From Octopus vulgaris (Eukaryota): a stretch of 64,000 nt of DNA. Where the stretch lies: NCBI GenBank assembly GCA_951406725.2, contig OX597816.1:175646001-175710000 (forward strand). Reading direction: 5' to 3'. The translations under genes and the position numbers were made by a program. How positions within the stretch are numbered: position 1 is the first letter of the stretch; every line of letters begins with the position of its first letter. Positions 1 to 11,993 of this stretch are shown in pieces. The notes below the pieces were generated by a model that was not told the origin of the DNA, did no database searches, and saw nothing but the letters and a program-made list of their open reading frames with translations.

Positions 1-120
1 TTTCGGGGTTGATAAATTAAGTACCAGTTACGCACTGGAGTCGATGTAATCGACTTAATCCCTTTGTCTGTCCTTGTTTGTCCCCTCTATGTTTAGCCCC
101 TTGTGGGCAATAAAGAAACA
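1..120 (+). mobile_element. SINE family B, 3' part
   Basis: Nearly the same sequence as 39790-39876, including the TGTCCCCTCT...GCCCCTTGTGGG-AATAAAGAAA tail. Confidence 0.8.
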
Positions 121-191
121 AATATTAGACATGAGTTTCAATATCAGCACTGCCATTTGTGTGTATTAGAAAATGTGTGAATCTGTGCAAG

Positions 192-229
<38 letters not shown>

Positions 230-321
230 GCAAAGCAGATAATGGAGCTTGGTGCAGTCTTCTGACTTACCATCTCCTATCAAACTGTCCATTTCATGCT
301 AATACGGAAGATGGACATTAA

Positions 322-541
322 CCCTTTAGTGTTTAAACTGGCCATATCTGGCCAAAGTTTTCTACCTATTTTATGTTTAAACTGACCAGATCAGGCCTCT
401 CACACCTAACCTACATTGACATTCTAAAAATGAACAATCACATCATTGAAACCTCAAAGCTATAAGATAATGCATGATTAATTCAAAACAATTTGAGTGA
501 AAAAGTATTACGTTTAACAGAGTAATCTGAAGACTAAAGGG
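322..541. mobile_element. piggyBac-type MITE, 220 bp
   Basis: TTAA|CCCTTTAG...CTAAAGGG|TTAA termini and TTAA target duplication; two more copies in the window. Confidence 0.85.
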
Positions 542-573
542 TTAAATGATGACAATGATGAAACACACACACT

Positions 574-630
574 TCAAATTTTGTTCTCTTGTGGCTCAAG
601 TTTCATGCTACTGTTATCTTCAGGGGAGAA
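574..630 (-). CDS. Candidate further or terminal exon (FSPEDNSSMKLEPQENKI-stop)
   Basis: TTTCATTCTAG acceptor, then 18 open phase-0 codons and TGA. No homology recognised. Confidence 0.3.
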   Translation of the reverse strand, partial: FSPEDNSSMKLEPQENKI

Positions 631-789
631 CTAGAATGAAATGTGAGTTGTGAGAAAAAGAAATTTAGGTTAAATAAACACTGTCTACATGCACTGAGTA
701 CTTTCCTTTCCCTTAAACACTTGACCAAATACATAAATAAACCACTATACTGTGGCTTTTATTGATTTGGAGATAGTGTTTTACAGGGT

Positions 790-2150
790 ACCATGTTTTA
801 TAATCTGGTGGGCATTGAAAAAACTAGGTGTAGTTGAATGGCTTGAGCAGGCAGTTCAAGCTATGTACAAAGATCCAACAAATAAAATCAGAGTTGGGAA
901 CACTTCAGTGATGAATTTAACATGAAGATAGGAATCAGTCCTCTCTTCTTCATCATAATCTTACAACCCATCACAGAAGAATTTAAGGCTGGCTGCCCAT
1001 AGGAACTCCTATATGCTGATGATCTAGTCATCATAGCTGATTCTACAGGGGAATTAGAGAAGAAATTCCAGACATGGAAGTTAAACCTGGAATCGAGGGG
1101 CCTTAATGTTAACCAGGCAAAGACTAAGTAGGAAAGGAGATAGGACCTTGGTACCTTCAGGGAAATGATCTTGCTCAATATGCAGTGAAAGAGTAGTTAT
1201 AAACTTCCAATGTGGTACTAGATGTAAGGTATGGACACAAGAGATATAGTGGAATCAGTGACAGGCTGTCTGAAAATGTAATCTTCATATGCAGTAGATA
1301 CACTGCAACAGTTTATACAAGCACCTGGAAACTGAGTCTCTGAGATGTCCTGATAGCTCACTAGAACTATTTGTGGCACGTAAAAAACACCATCCGAATC
1401 GTGGCCGAAGCCAGTGCCGCCTCGACTGGCTTCCGTGCAGGTGGCACGTAAAATGCACCAATCTGACCGTGGCCGATGCCAGCCTCGCCTGGCACCTGTG
1501 CAGGTGGCACGTAAAAAGCACCCACTACACTCATGGAGTGGTTGGCGTTAGGAAGGGCATCCAGCTGTAGAAACATTGCCAGATAAGACCGGAGCCTGGT
1601 GCAGCCTCCTGGCTTCCCAGATCCCCGGTCGAACCATCCAACCCATGCTAGCATGGAGAACGGACGTTAAACGATGATGATGATGATGTAATTAGAAGGG
1701 GAAGTGGCTACTCAGAAAGAAAACTAGCAGAAAAGTTCAGGGAGCTATCAACTGCTAACAACAAAGATCTTTTCCCTAAGAGTGAAGGGCAGTTTGCACG
1801 ATGTTTATGCTAGAACTGCAATGCTGTGTAGTAGTGAGACATAGGCCTTGAATACAGAAGACACGAGAAGAAATTGAGAAATAAAGTCAGCATGCTCAAC
1901 TGGATGTGCAATGTGAGTGTACATGAAAGAATTAGTACAAATCTGATGAGTAAAAACTAGAGGAATCAGTTGTGTTCAAGAAGACTGAGCTGGTATGGAC
2001 ACGTAATGTATATGGATGAAAACAGCTGTATAAAGAAGTGCCAATCACTAAATGTGGCTGGAACTCATGGAAGAGGAAGGGCCAGGAAGATACAGAATGA
2101 AGTGGTGAAGGCTGATGGAGATAACAAAGGACTGGGATTTCTGGTGAAAT
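790..2150 (+). mobile_element. Decayed RTE-clade LINE reverse transcriptase fragment, interrupted at about 1371-1688
   Basis: ELLYADDLVI RT motif near 1004-1033 and RRLSWYGHV...GRGRARK C-terminus; colinear with 45500-46600; stops and frameshifts. Confidence 0.8.
1371..1688 (+). mobile_element. 5'-truncated RTE 3'-UTR copy with internal ~60-bp repeats and (GAT)n tail
   Basis: GGCACGTAAAA-CACCATCCG units, GGAGTGGTTGGCGTTAGGAAGGGCATCCAGC core and CCATGCTAGCATGG palindrome. Confidence 0.85.
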
Positions 2151-2568
2151 GCGGTTCTAAAAAGAGACTTTCCCTTCTCAGCAAAATTGGAAGAGCCAAG
2201 TATTATGCTTTGCATCCAGATTATATTAACTCATCCGTTCACTTCCATGCTTTTTCTCCTGCCCTCCCAGCTCCTGTAGACTATCACACATTTTCCCTAT
2301 CTCGTCTTCCTCCACTGACAACTGTATCATATTTACCACACCTGCAGCTTGATACACCATTCTCTTCTGCATCCCTCTGTCTCCCCTAATTCAAGGTTCC
2401 CTCATCATCCACCCTCCAACTCTACTCATTCTGGCAGCCTGCCTCCCAATGCTCATTCTCTTTCTCAAACAATCATGTGCCACATAGGCACACCATTGCC
2501 ATTATCTATCATGCATATAGATATTAAACATACACACACTTACTAATATACATATCTACATATATATA

Positions 2569-2921
2569 GGCGTAGGAGTGGCTGCGTTATAAGTAGCTTG
2601 CTTATGAACCACATATTTTTGGGTTCAGTCCCATTGCATAGCACCTTGGGTAAGTGTCTTCTACTATAGCCTTGGGTCGACCAAAGCCTTGTGAGTGGAT
2701 TTGGTAGATGGAAACTGAAAGAAGCCTGTCGTATATATGTATGTATGCATATATATATATATATATATATATGCATGTGTGTGTATACGTTTGTGTGTCT
2801 GTGTTTGTCCCCCCAACATTGCTTGACAACCAATGCTGGTGTGTTTATGTCCCCGTAACTTAATGGTTTGGCAAAAGAGACTGATCGAATAAGTACTAGG
2901 CTTACAAAGAATAAGTCCTAG
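2569..2921 (+). mobile_element. tRNA-headed SINE family A
   Basis: GGCGTAGGAGTGGCTG...GGTTCAGTCCC A/B-box-like head and central TA/TG microsatellite; many copies in the window. Confidence 0.85.
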
Positions 2922-3454
2922 GGGGTAGATGATTACATTGATCCCTGTGCTCAACTGGTATCTATTTTGTTGACCTCAAAAAGATGAAAGGTGAAGTTGA
3001 CCTCAGCAGAATTTGAACTCAGAACATAAAAACAGACTAAATGTCAGAGAATTTTGTATGGTATGCTAATGATTCAGCCAACCCACTGCCTTGCTCATCT
3101 TCAATAACACTAGCAGTAGGGTCACAAAGAAACATTCTAACAGAGGTATAACTAACTGAGACCTAGGAAGCTCTCATTTGGCATGAATCAAGAAAAGCTA
3201 ATCATTCAAACATAGCGAGGGGAAGCTCTCATATAGAAATATCTTACTATTAATTCAGATACCTACAAAACTGGTATTCTGAATGGCAGAATCAGTGGCA
3301 CTCTAGACAAAATAATTTGCAGTATTTAGTTACATGATTTTACATTCTGAGATCAAATCTCACCAACGTCAGCTTTGTCTATCATACTTCTGGGGAAGCA
3401 GAAACCAACAAACTAAAATACTAATCCCATACTGGAGTCAATACAATTGACTAT

Positions 3455-4910
3455 GAGCATACCTCACCCTATGTCCTTAATTGGTTTCATGAGACATGAC
3501 TTAAACTTGTCTCTAGGCTAAACCGACAATAACCATTCTGTACTTTGTTTATGAATGCATTTTCGATAATGCATCGTTAATAAAAACCCATTTTAAGCTT
3601 ACAAATATAGAATTTTTATTTTTTAATTCAGTAAAAAAAAAAGTCATCTACAATTACAAATACAATTTGGCAGTGTTTACCGTACATCACTGATGCTTTA
3701 TTTATGAATGCAGTTTGCAATAAGACATGGTAAAATAAAAGCCTTTTTTAAGCTTAAAAAGCAAATTCAGTAATGATTATTATTTTGAAATAGTAAAAAA
3801 ACTACATTATTTTAAATTTACCAATATGTACATAGAATTTGGTCATTTACATTGTGGCTGTAGATGGCTGAAGATCATCACCATCAACAGATGACTCTGG
3901 CTGTTCTTGTTGTTCAATGTGCTTAAAAAACTGGTTGAGAGTTCCTTGAACTGTCTTCTTCATTTCCTCAAGGATTACATTATAAGGAGCAAAAGCTTCA
4001 TGACAAGCCCCCATAATCTTGGAAAAGTTTTAAGCATTTGGATCCATATCCTCGAACATAGAAAGATCTTTCTCGATATACACAAATGCTTGCTGCATTT
4101 TTTTAATGGTAAAGTGATGTGGCTCAGGTTCAACTTCCTCTTCTTCTTTATTTTGCTGCTCATGAAGCTCCATCAAATCCCTGTTCATCAAGGGCCGCTT
4201 GTCTTTTTCAAATAGATCTGTGAAATCCTCCTCCTCCTCCAAACCTATTGCAGTTCTTTGTTCATAGTCACCAATGTTTTGTTGATGGCAACATTATCAA
4301 CCCCCTTAAAATCATTCGTGAATTGCGGGCAAAGCTTCTTCCATTCATAGCTGTGCTCTGTACATCATTCCATGCTGCTGCTCTGTTCTGTAGATATTGT
4401 ATCTCTTCCAAAAGTCACGAAGTGTGATGGATTTATCAAGATCAGTTGCAGCTATTGCTTGCTGCAGCATATGCTTCATATAGTAACACTTGAAGATAAT
4501 AATTATTCCCTGCAGAAGAGACGTGGTGTTGGGAGGGAGGTATATAATGGTAACGTCGGGGTCAAAATCTATGATGTTTTGTGGGTAGCCAGGAGCATTA
4601 TCTAAGATAAGTAAAACCTTAAAAGGAATTTCCTTTCTCCTTACAGTACTTCTCTGCTGCTGGGATAAAATGATTGACAAACCAATCTTCAAAAACAACA
4701 ACAGTAACCTACGCTTTTGAATTTAGCCATCCATATAACAGGGGGAGATGCCTTGGGTATGTTCTTCAGGACATGGGGGTTGTGTGCAATGGGCTTAACT
4801 TAAAATCTCCTGCACCTTTCAACATGGTGGTCACAGGTTCTTTTGAGATCTTGTAGCCTGAATAGTTTTCTCCTCCTTGGAACTGAATGAACGGTCTGGC
4901 AATTTTTTCC
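3455..4910 (-). mobile_element. Decayed pogo/Tigger-like DNA transposon
   Basis: KVLLILDNAPG...YLPPNTTSLLQ DDE_1 motif in ORF 4345-4701, acidic C-terminus in ORF 4030-4242, and a CATACCTC TIR-like end near 3458. Confidence 0.8.
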
Positions 4911-5208
4911 TCTCTCTTATATTCTCAGCTACCCCACACACAATTCTTAGACACCATACACCTATACATATTACTTCATCCTAAAGCAAATCCCTAAATC
5001 CACCCTCCTCACTCCATCTACCTCTCTTTCTATTTACTTACTTTCCTTCCTTTTACCACTTAATAGCCACCCTTTGCTACCATTCTCTCATTGAACATTG
5101 ATATGTTTGCATCTTTTTTCTCTGGATGTTTACTACATCAGGATTTTAACCCACATGAATCTATGCAGGGTTGCACCTAAGGACTTATGCTCTTGGGATC
5201 TTTGCCCT

Positions 5209-5943
5209 TTGAACGGCAGATCGAGAAATTAACTTTTTGTATCTAAACACTTTCAAACTTCGGACACTGGTAGAATGTGTCATATAAAACATCTTTTACT
5301 CTTAGTGTTGTTGAGAAAAGTTTCTATTTACGAAGTTATTTCGTGTTAAAGTTGTCGTATTTCAGTAATTTCAACCAATCAATGACGTGTATTCAGCTGA
5401 ATAAAATTACTGCTGGTGTTTGTCAACAAGAACTTCCGGCAGTGTTTTTTTTGTTTGTCACTGTTATTTATGACATCGTTCGTGCGTTTGTACTGGTTTT
5501 AGCTTTAGGGTGTTAGGGTTTTATAGTTAGGGTTAGGGTTAAAGTTACGGAAAAAAGTGAAAAAATGAAGAAATTGGAGGGGGAGGGGGGAAAGTCTTTC
5601 TGAAAATAGTAGCTGAAAAACAGGAAAAAAAAACTAAAACTAGTAGAAATGCACGAACGATTGTGGGGGTGAAATATGTCATAAATAACAGTGACAAACG
5701 AAATATACACCACTGGAAGTTGTTGTAGACAAACAACAGCAGTAATTTTATTCAACTGAATACACATCATTGATTGGTTGAAATTACCAAAATACAACTA
5801 CTTTAACATGAAATAACTTTGAAAATATAAACGTTTCTCAACAACACTAAGAGTAAATGATGTTGTATATGATACATTCTTCCATTGTCTGAAGTTTGAA
5901 AATGTTTAGTTCCAAAAAATTAATTTCTCAATCTGCCATTCAA
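5209..5943. mobile_element. Foldback element or MITE with ~270-bp inverted arms and central TTAGGG repeats
   Basis: TTGAACGGCAGATCGAGAAATTAA at 5209 versus TTAATTTCTCAATCTGCCATTCAA ending 5943; arms stay complementary to about 5480/5655. Confidence 0.85.
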
Positions 5944-6055
5944 TATCCTGCTCTTGTTTCTATAACTTCAGAAAGTTGAACTATGAACTTTTATGCTTCT
6001 TTTTTCTTCTTTCTTTTCATCTCTTTATTATTTTATTCTCTCATTTTCCCTATTT

Positions 6056-6111
6056 GTCTCTGGTGACGGAATATCCCATACTCAGGGATATCTCAGAAAC
6101 AGCTGTAAGAC
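6056..6111 (+). ncRNA. Type-I hammerhead-ribozyme-like motif with an A6G core change, in a Penelope-like fragment
   Basis: GTCT CTGGTGA ..ATATCCC-loop-GGGATAT.. GAAAC AGCT GTA AGAC: stem I GTCT/AGAC, stem II, palindromic stem III ACAGCTGT and a GUA site. Confidence 0.65.
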
Positions 6112-6349
6112 TTTGAATTTCTTCTTATAATAATATTGTATACGACTTAAGATGTTTGCCTTGCCATATATGTGTGTGTGTGTGTGTGTGTTTGTCCTCC
6201 CAGCATCGCTTGACAGCTGAGGTTGGTGCATTTACATCCCCGTAACTTAGTGGTTTGGCAAAAGAGACTGATCGAATAAGTTCAGTAGGCTGAATTTTTT
6301 ATATTTCTGATATTGTTTTTTAATATTCCAATTAAATTTTTTTATAAAA

Positions 6350-6880
6350 AACATGTTGGTGAGATTTGATCTCTTCCTGTTAAAATATGCTTCAATTTCT
6401 TTACATAACCATCTTGTCCAAGTTTCATATCATTCCCATTATTTTCCAATATTTCCATTTAAATCAAATATAGTGAAATTCTGTTACTTCTTCAGACCTG
6501 GCTTTAAGCATTTTATGAATCTATCTGCTTGGATAAGAAAGATCTTTGAAGCTGCGAAGAAGAAATCGTCAATCAGAGTAGGAATGGTTCCATGAAGTTT
6601 GTTTCTCCACAATACCATGTAAATATTGTTTGATCATATTTGTAGATGACTGCTACCTTTATTAATTCCTCTCTGATCGTCAGATGCTAGAATCTTGAAG
6701 CATCAGTTAGTTATTTATGTATTTCAAAAGTTTGCATATATAACCTGAAGGGAAATCGGCCTCTTTAGGAGGATACAAGGAAGCTAATCGGTTCGATTGT
6801 TCACTATGTAAAAATGTAGACTTAATGTCCATTGAGTTGCATACTGAGCCATGAAATGCCATAATTCCTAATGCTATTCT
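6350..6880 (-). mobile_element. Decayed Ty1/Copia-like reverse transcriptase fragment
   Basis: SMDIKSTFLH..LYPPKEAD..ICKLLK, then LTDASRF-HLTIREELIK..KYDQTIFTW..KLHG..LIDDFFFA, resembling Copia D(I/V)KxAFL and HVDD motifs. Confidence 0.7.
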
Positions 6881-7300
6881 TTCTTTCTCTTCTTTTATTC
6901 TTTTACTTGTTTCAGTCATTTGACTGCGGCCATGCTGGAGCACTGCCTTTAATCGAGCAACTTAACCCTGGGACTTATTCTTTGTAAGCCCAGTGCTTAT
7001 TCTATCGGTCTCTTTTGCCGAACCGCTAAGTGACAGGGACGTAAACACACCAGCATCGGTTGTCAAGCAATGCTAGGGAGACAAACAGAGACACACAAAC
7101 ACTCACACGCATATATATATATATATATACATATATACGATGGGCTTCTTTCAGTTTCCGTCTACCAAATCCACTCACAAGGCATTGGTCGGCCCGGGGC
7201 TATAGCAGAAGACACTTGCCCAAAATGCCACGCAGTGGGACTGAACCCGGAACCATGTGGTTGGTTAGCAAGCTACTTACCACAAAGCCACTCCTGCGCC
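6880..7300 (-). mobile_element. tRNA-headed SINE family A, full length
   Basis: Reverse complement of 13203-13620. Confidence 0.9.
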
Positions 7301-7568
7301 TGATGAAGATAGTGATGATGAAGATAGTGATGATGATGATAAAGGGAAGTAGAGGGAGGATATGACAGTGGTGGTGGTACAATGATGATAAGGAGTGGAG
7401 AAAGCATATGTTTATTTGTTTCAAGTAGAGCTGATGAGTTTAAAAGTCAATCGGTTTTACTCATACAAAAATCTTCTTGACCTCTTGACCTCAACTGGCA
7501 GACATTTCTGAAAAGTGGAGCAAAAACAAAAAAAAAAACAAAAAAAAACCCTCCAAAACTCATCTTAC

Positions 7569-7847
7569 CTTCATATTTTGCAATGAATTATCATGTAGCT
7601 GTTGGGCATTTTCAAGTGTCTGAATAGTGTCAGGGTGCACAATAGGTAAAGTGGAGGCCAGTGGTGCATCTTGGCTGAAGGCTAAAGGTTTGTGGTCTAC
7701 ATTTATATCATTGGAATTGTAAGTGTTGCTTAGTGTATCACACTTCTTTACAGGAATCTCAGAGTCTACAGCGGTTTTGGACAGTAATGTGAGTGACTTT
7801 CTTTTGATAGGAATTGGTGGTTTGGTTCCTGGTGCTAGTTTGGCGCG
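7569..7847 (-). CDS. scrib: Scribble-like C-terminal-region exon (RAKLAPGTKPPIPIKRK...NSLQNMK)
   Basis: TTGTCTAAACAG acceptor and AAG|GTAAGA donor; 279 nt, open in phase 0; KPPIPIK proline motif. Confidence 0.78.
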
Positions 7848-8262
7848 CTGTTTAGACAAGAAATTAAGGTAAGTAAATTAAGCCGTCTTAATTAATTCTT
7901 TTACATATATTTATAATCATTTAATAAGAGTTTCATTTTCTGTCACTTGACTGATCATTAAACCATCTTCCACCAAAAGACCCTGATTTACCATTATGTT
8001 GAGGCTAAGACTACTGGAGTATTCTCTGTTGCATCAACCGCTCCACTTGAACCAAATCATTACACTTGCTTCTATGTTTCTTTCCAGATACTTTCTGTTT
8101 CTAAACCTCTAAACTCCATATTGAATATTTCAAGCAATTCTATGTGTTCTGGTAATTGCTGACCCTCACAACTGAGTTGTATTCACAGACTCTGGGAAAA
8201 ACCATCCACAAACAGAGTAATTGAAAATGCTCGTTACAGTGTATTTAATTTTTATTACAAAA

Positions 8263-8669
8263 CTAGCAGCATCACCCGGCGTTGCTCGGGTTTGTAAGGG
8301 AAATAACTATATAAGCATTTTTAGAGATGTAAAGTATAATAGCCATCTCAATATGGCTAACCACAAGGGGGGGGGGGTGTTACTGTAGCTTTTTACGTTC
8401 TGAGATTTAATAATACATTTTTAGAGAGTTACTTCGCTTATATAATAGCAAAAAAAAAAAATGGATTAAAAATGGGAAAAAATTATGGTAATTTTTTTTT
8501 TAAATCGTAGATTCATCATAGATGTGCGTGAATACCCAGAAGGGCTCGATATGAATCACGACTATAAGATACCCGCTTTTGGTCACACTGCACCGCAAAA
8601 TGTGGGAGTAGTTAGGAATCTAAATCGTAGGAGACAGACAGCACACAACCTCACTTTTATATATAAAGA
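8263..8669 (-). mobile_element. Non-autonomous Helitron
   Basis: On the minus strand: A|TC start, subterminal CCCG-AGCAACGC-CGGG hairpin and CTAG|T end. Confidence 0.85.
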
Positions 8670-9138
8670 TATGGCTGCTATTAGATTAGCTTTCTTATAA
8701 CCACTTCAAGAGCTTTCCATATCAATCACACCTAATCTTCTTCACCCAACTAATCTCTTTCAACTGAAAAGATCCACCATGGACTAAAGACAATGCTCAT
8801 TCTTGAATATTACAATAGAAAGTGTATTTCTATTTCAGTCATCAGTTTATTTTATAGTTAAAAAGTCTGATTTTCTGTCATTAATGGAACAAAAAATTTT
8901 CAGTTTGATAAATGTCATTCAAATCTTCTTTCAGCTTCACATTGAATATATTTATTAATCATCATGTCCAAATAGCTGGGGGGATTGTGAAGTCAGAAAG
9001 GGAAATAATTGCTATACATAGTGGTGACCCTTATATTAGAGTATGAAAGGGTAGAATCATTGGTGAGAGGGTTTACAGTTAGAATAAAGAGTGTAAACTA
9101 GAAAGGGTATACTTATCTTTGTAATATTTTAGAAAATA

Positions 9139-9533
9139 CTAGCAGTATCGCCCGGCGTTGCTCAGGTTTGTAAGGGAAATAACTATAAGCATTTTTAGAG
9201 AGTTATAGCCAAAAAATAGCAAAAAAATGCATTAAAAATGGAAAAAAAAATGATGGTAATTTTTTTTTTAAATCGTTGACTCATCGTAGACATTTTTAGA
9301 GAGTTACTTCCCTTATATAATAGCGAAAAAATGCATTAAAATGGAAAAAAATTATGGTAAATTTTTTTTAAATCGTAGACTCATCGTAGACGCACGCTAA
9401 TACCCAGAAGGGCTCGATATGGATCACGACTATAAGATACCCGGTTTTGGTTAAACTGCACCGCAAAATGTGGGAGTAGTTAGGAATCTAAATCGTAGGA
9501 GACAGACACACACACAACTTTTATATATAAAGA
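9139..9533 (-). mobile_element. Non-autonomous Helitron, same family as 8263-8669
   Basis: Same TC...hairpin...CTAG termini at an A|T site. Confidence 0.85.
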
Positions 9534-9553
9534 TATCCAATAAAATTACTCAC

Positions 9554-9643
9554 AAGAGGTATTTGAGACTTGGAAGGACTCTCATCAGTTTGAGGTTGTT
9601 CTAATGTGTCTTCTCTATTTTCCTTTGTTAAACTATCAGCTTC
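9554..9643 (-). CDS. scrib: Scribble-like C-terminal-region exon (EADSLTKENREDTLEQPQTDESPSKSQIPL)
   Basis: TATCACCAG acceptor and GTGAGT donor; 90 nt, open in phase 0; disordered-type composition. Confidence 0.75.
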
Positions 9644-10172
9644 CTGGTGATAGACAGAATGTTATTTCAGTCAACAATGTAACACTGTCAGCAACAAATA
9701 TGAATGTCATACTTTGGCAAATGCCAATAATTTGCGTAGGAATGTATAATTGATAAAATTTGACTTTGATACATGCTTGACACAAATATTATCACCTGCT
9801 GGACAAATAAAAGGCAAATGTTGGTTGTGGTAAAATTTGAGTTCAAAATGTGGAAGGATAACGCTATACATAGTGGTGACCCTTATATTAGAGTATGAAA
9901 AGGTAGAATCATTGGTGAGAGGGTTTACAGTTAGAATAAAGAGTGTAAACTAGAAAGGGTATACTTATCTTTGTAATATTTTATTTAATAATAAAATCAT
10001 TGCTGAAGATGGTGAAGCTCTGAGCTGCATAAAACTTGGATACTCCTTATTAAATAAACTACATCAGAAGGTCTCACAAAAATTGAAGACATACATGCCA
10101 TTTAATTATTTTTGAAATCACTGTGGACCTAATTAGTAGTTTGTTATATACTTAAATTTGGCAATTATTGTA

Positions 10173-11094
10173 TTGGGTCACCCCATAAATAATGTGTTTT
10201 TTTTTTTATCCTTCTTTTATTTTTCAAAATTAAGATAAACAAAGTTCTTTTTTAATCTAAAATATATTCTTCTTCATTTTCTACAATGCTCGGTAGGCAT
10301 GCAAGGCCCCTCTTCCAAAATTCACTTGTCCGTGATGAAAAATACTCCTCCAGCACTATTCTGACCTCGTCTACAGAATTCATATTCTTTCCATCCAAAT
10401 GATTTTGAAAACTGCAGAATAAATAATAATCAACAGATGGGGCAATGTCCAGTGAATATGGTAGGTGGAGCATTGTTTCCTATTCAAACTGCTCCAACTT
10501 TTGGAATGTCATCCTCACTGTATGTGGCCAAGCATTATCCTGATGGAAGAACACATTTCGTCTTGAAACCAAAGATGATCGTTTTTCTTCTAACACTAAC
10601 TTGAATGATTTGTTGAATGACCAAATCCAAGCTTCTCTACTAGTTCCTCAACAGTTATGATGAAAATTTGTTCCATCAGGGTTTGCAAGACATCCTCATC
10701 AAGCCCTACAGATCTTCCAGGATGTGGCGCATCTTCTAGGCTGTAGTTTCCAGCTCAGAATTTCTGGAACCACCGTTGGGACTGGCTTATACTTATTGTC
10801 CAATCCCCAGATACTGCAATAATATTCCTCACACTTTCCATTGCATTTTTGTCTTTATTGAACTCATAAAGCAAAATATGCAGAATAAGCCCCTTTGTCA
10901 CTTCCATTATAGCTTTAAAAAAATAACTGCTAAAATCAAACTGCACCCTTCAAAACTTGCACTAAGAATAAGTTCAAGGTAAAAGTACTACCTGCTTTTA
11001 TAGCAAGTTGATGCAGGTAGTTTATCCTGTCCCCCTCCAATTTTTAGTTCATATAATTGAAAAAAACTGCATTATTATTTATGAGATGATCCAA
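10173..11094 (-). mobile_element. Internally deleted mariner element
   Basis: TA-flanked TIRs TTGGGTCACCCCATAAAT / ATTTATGAGATGATCCAA; HLPYSLDIAPS-DYYLF (YSPDLAP) motif; N-terminal HTH remnant. Confidence 0.85.
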
Positions 11095-11596
11095 TATTTA
11101 GTCTGATGTGTTTCTGCAAAGTAGAAGTTGTAGTAATAACAACAACAACAGTAATTTCTAACATGGGCAGAATTTCTAACATAATTTCTAACATAGGCAG
11201 AAAGTCATGCATTTGGACAAATTTGGAGATGGGATTAGCTGATTAAATCAACCTAGCGTGTCTCTGCTAATTTATTTTATCAACACCAGAAGGGGGAAAA
11301 GTAAAATTGTCCTTGGTAGGGTTTAAACTCAAAATGTGAAGAACTATACATAACACCTGTCCAATAGTCTAATGAATCAAAAATTTTGTGTTGAAGGGTT
11401 AGTTAATTAAATCAATCCTCATACTTTAAATTATCAATCTTTGAGGGATGAAAGACTATGTAGAACTTGATAGGACTTCAACTCAGAATGTAAAGTGCCA
11501 AACAAATGCTCTGAAGACGATGCCACTTCAATGACATCTCTTACATTAGGACAAAAACACAAAGTTGTATCTAAATAATAATAACAACAACAACAA

Positions 11597-11993
11597 CACC
11601 TGTGCCAGTGGCACATAAAAAGCACCATCCGAACGTGGCCGATGCCAGCACCGCCTCGACTGGCTTCTGTGCCGGTGGCACATAAAAAGCACCATCCGAA
11701 TGTGGCCGATGCCAGCGCTGCCTTGGCTGGCTTCCGTGCCAGTGGCACATTAAAAGCACCAACCGATCGTGGCCGATGCCAGATTCCCCTGGCACCTGTG
11801 CTGGTGGCACATAAAAGCACCCACTACACTCGTGGAGTGGTTGGCATTAGAAGGGCATCCAGCTGTAGAAACACTGCCAGATCAGACTGGAGCCTGGTGC
11901 AGCCTCCTGGCTTCCCAGACCCCGGTCGAACCGTCCAACCCGTGCTAGCGCGGAAAACGGACGTTAAACGATGATGATGATGATGCTGATGAT
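11597..11993 (+). mobile_element. RTE 3'-UTR copy with about five internal repeat units
   Basis: Same core and (GAT)n tail as 1371-1688. Confidence 0.85.

Larger units (their letters stand above)
9011..9983 (+). repeat. 121-bp direct repeat pair (9011-9131 and 9863-9983) flanking an exon
   Basis: GCTATACATAGTGGTGACCC...GTAATATTTTA occurs twice; one mismatch seen. Confidence 0.9.

Noticed and set aside
5505-5541. Chromosome end or telomere fusion site
   Set aside because: Only about four TTAGGG units, located inside a transposon loop.
10002-10045. Further hammerhead-like motif CTGAAGA...AAAAC
   Set aside because: The GAAA box is broken and I found no convincing stems I and III.
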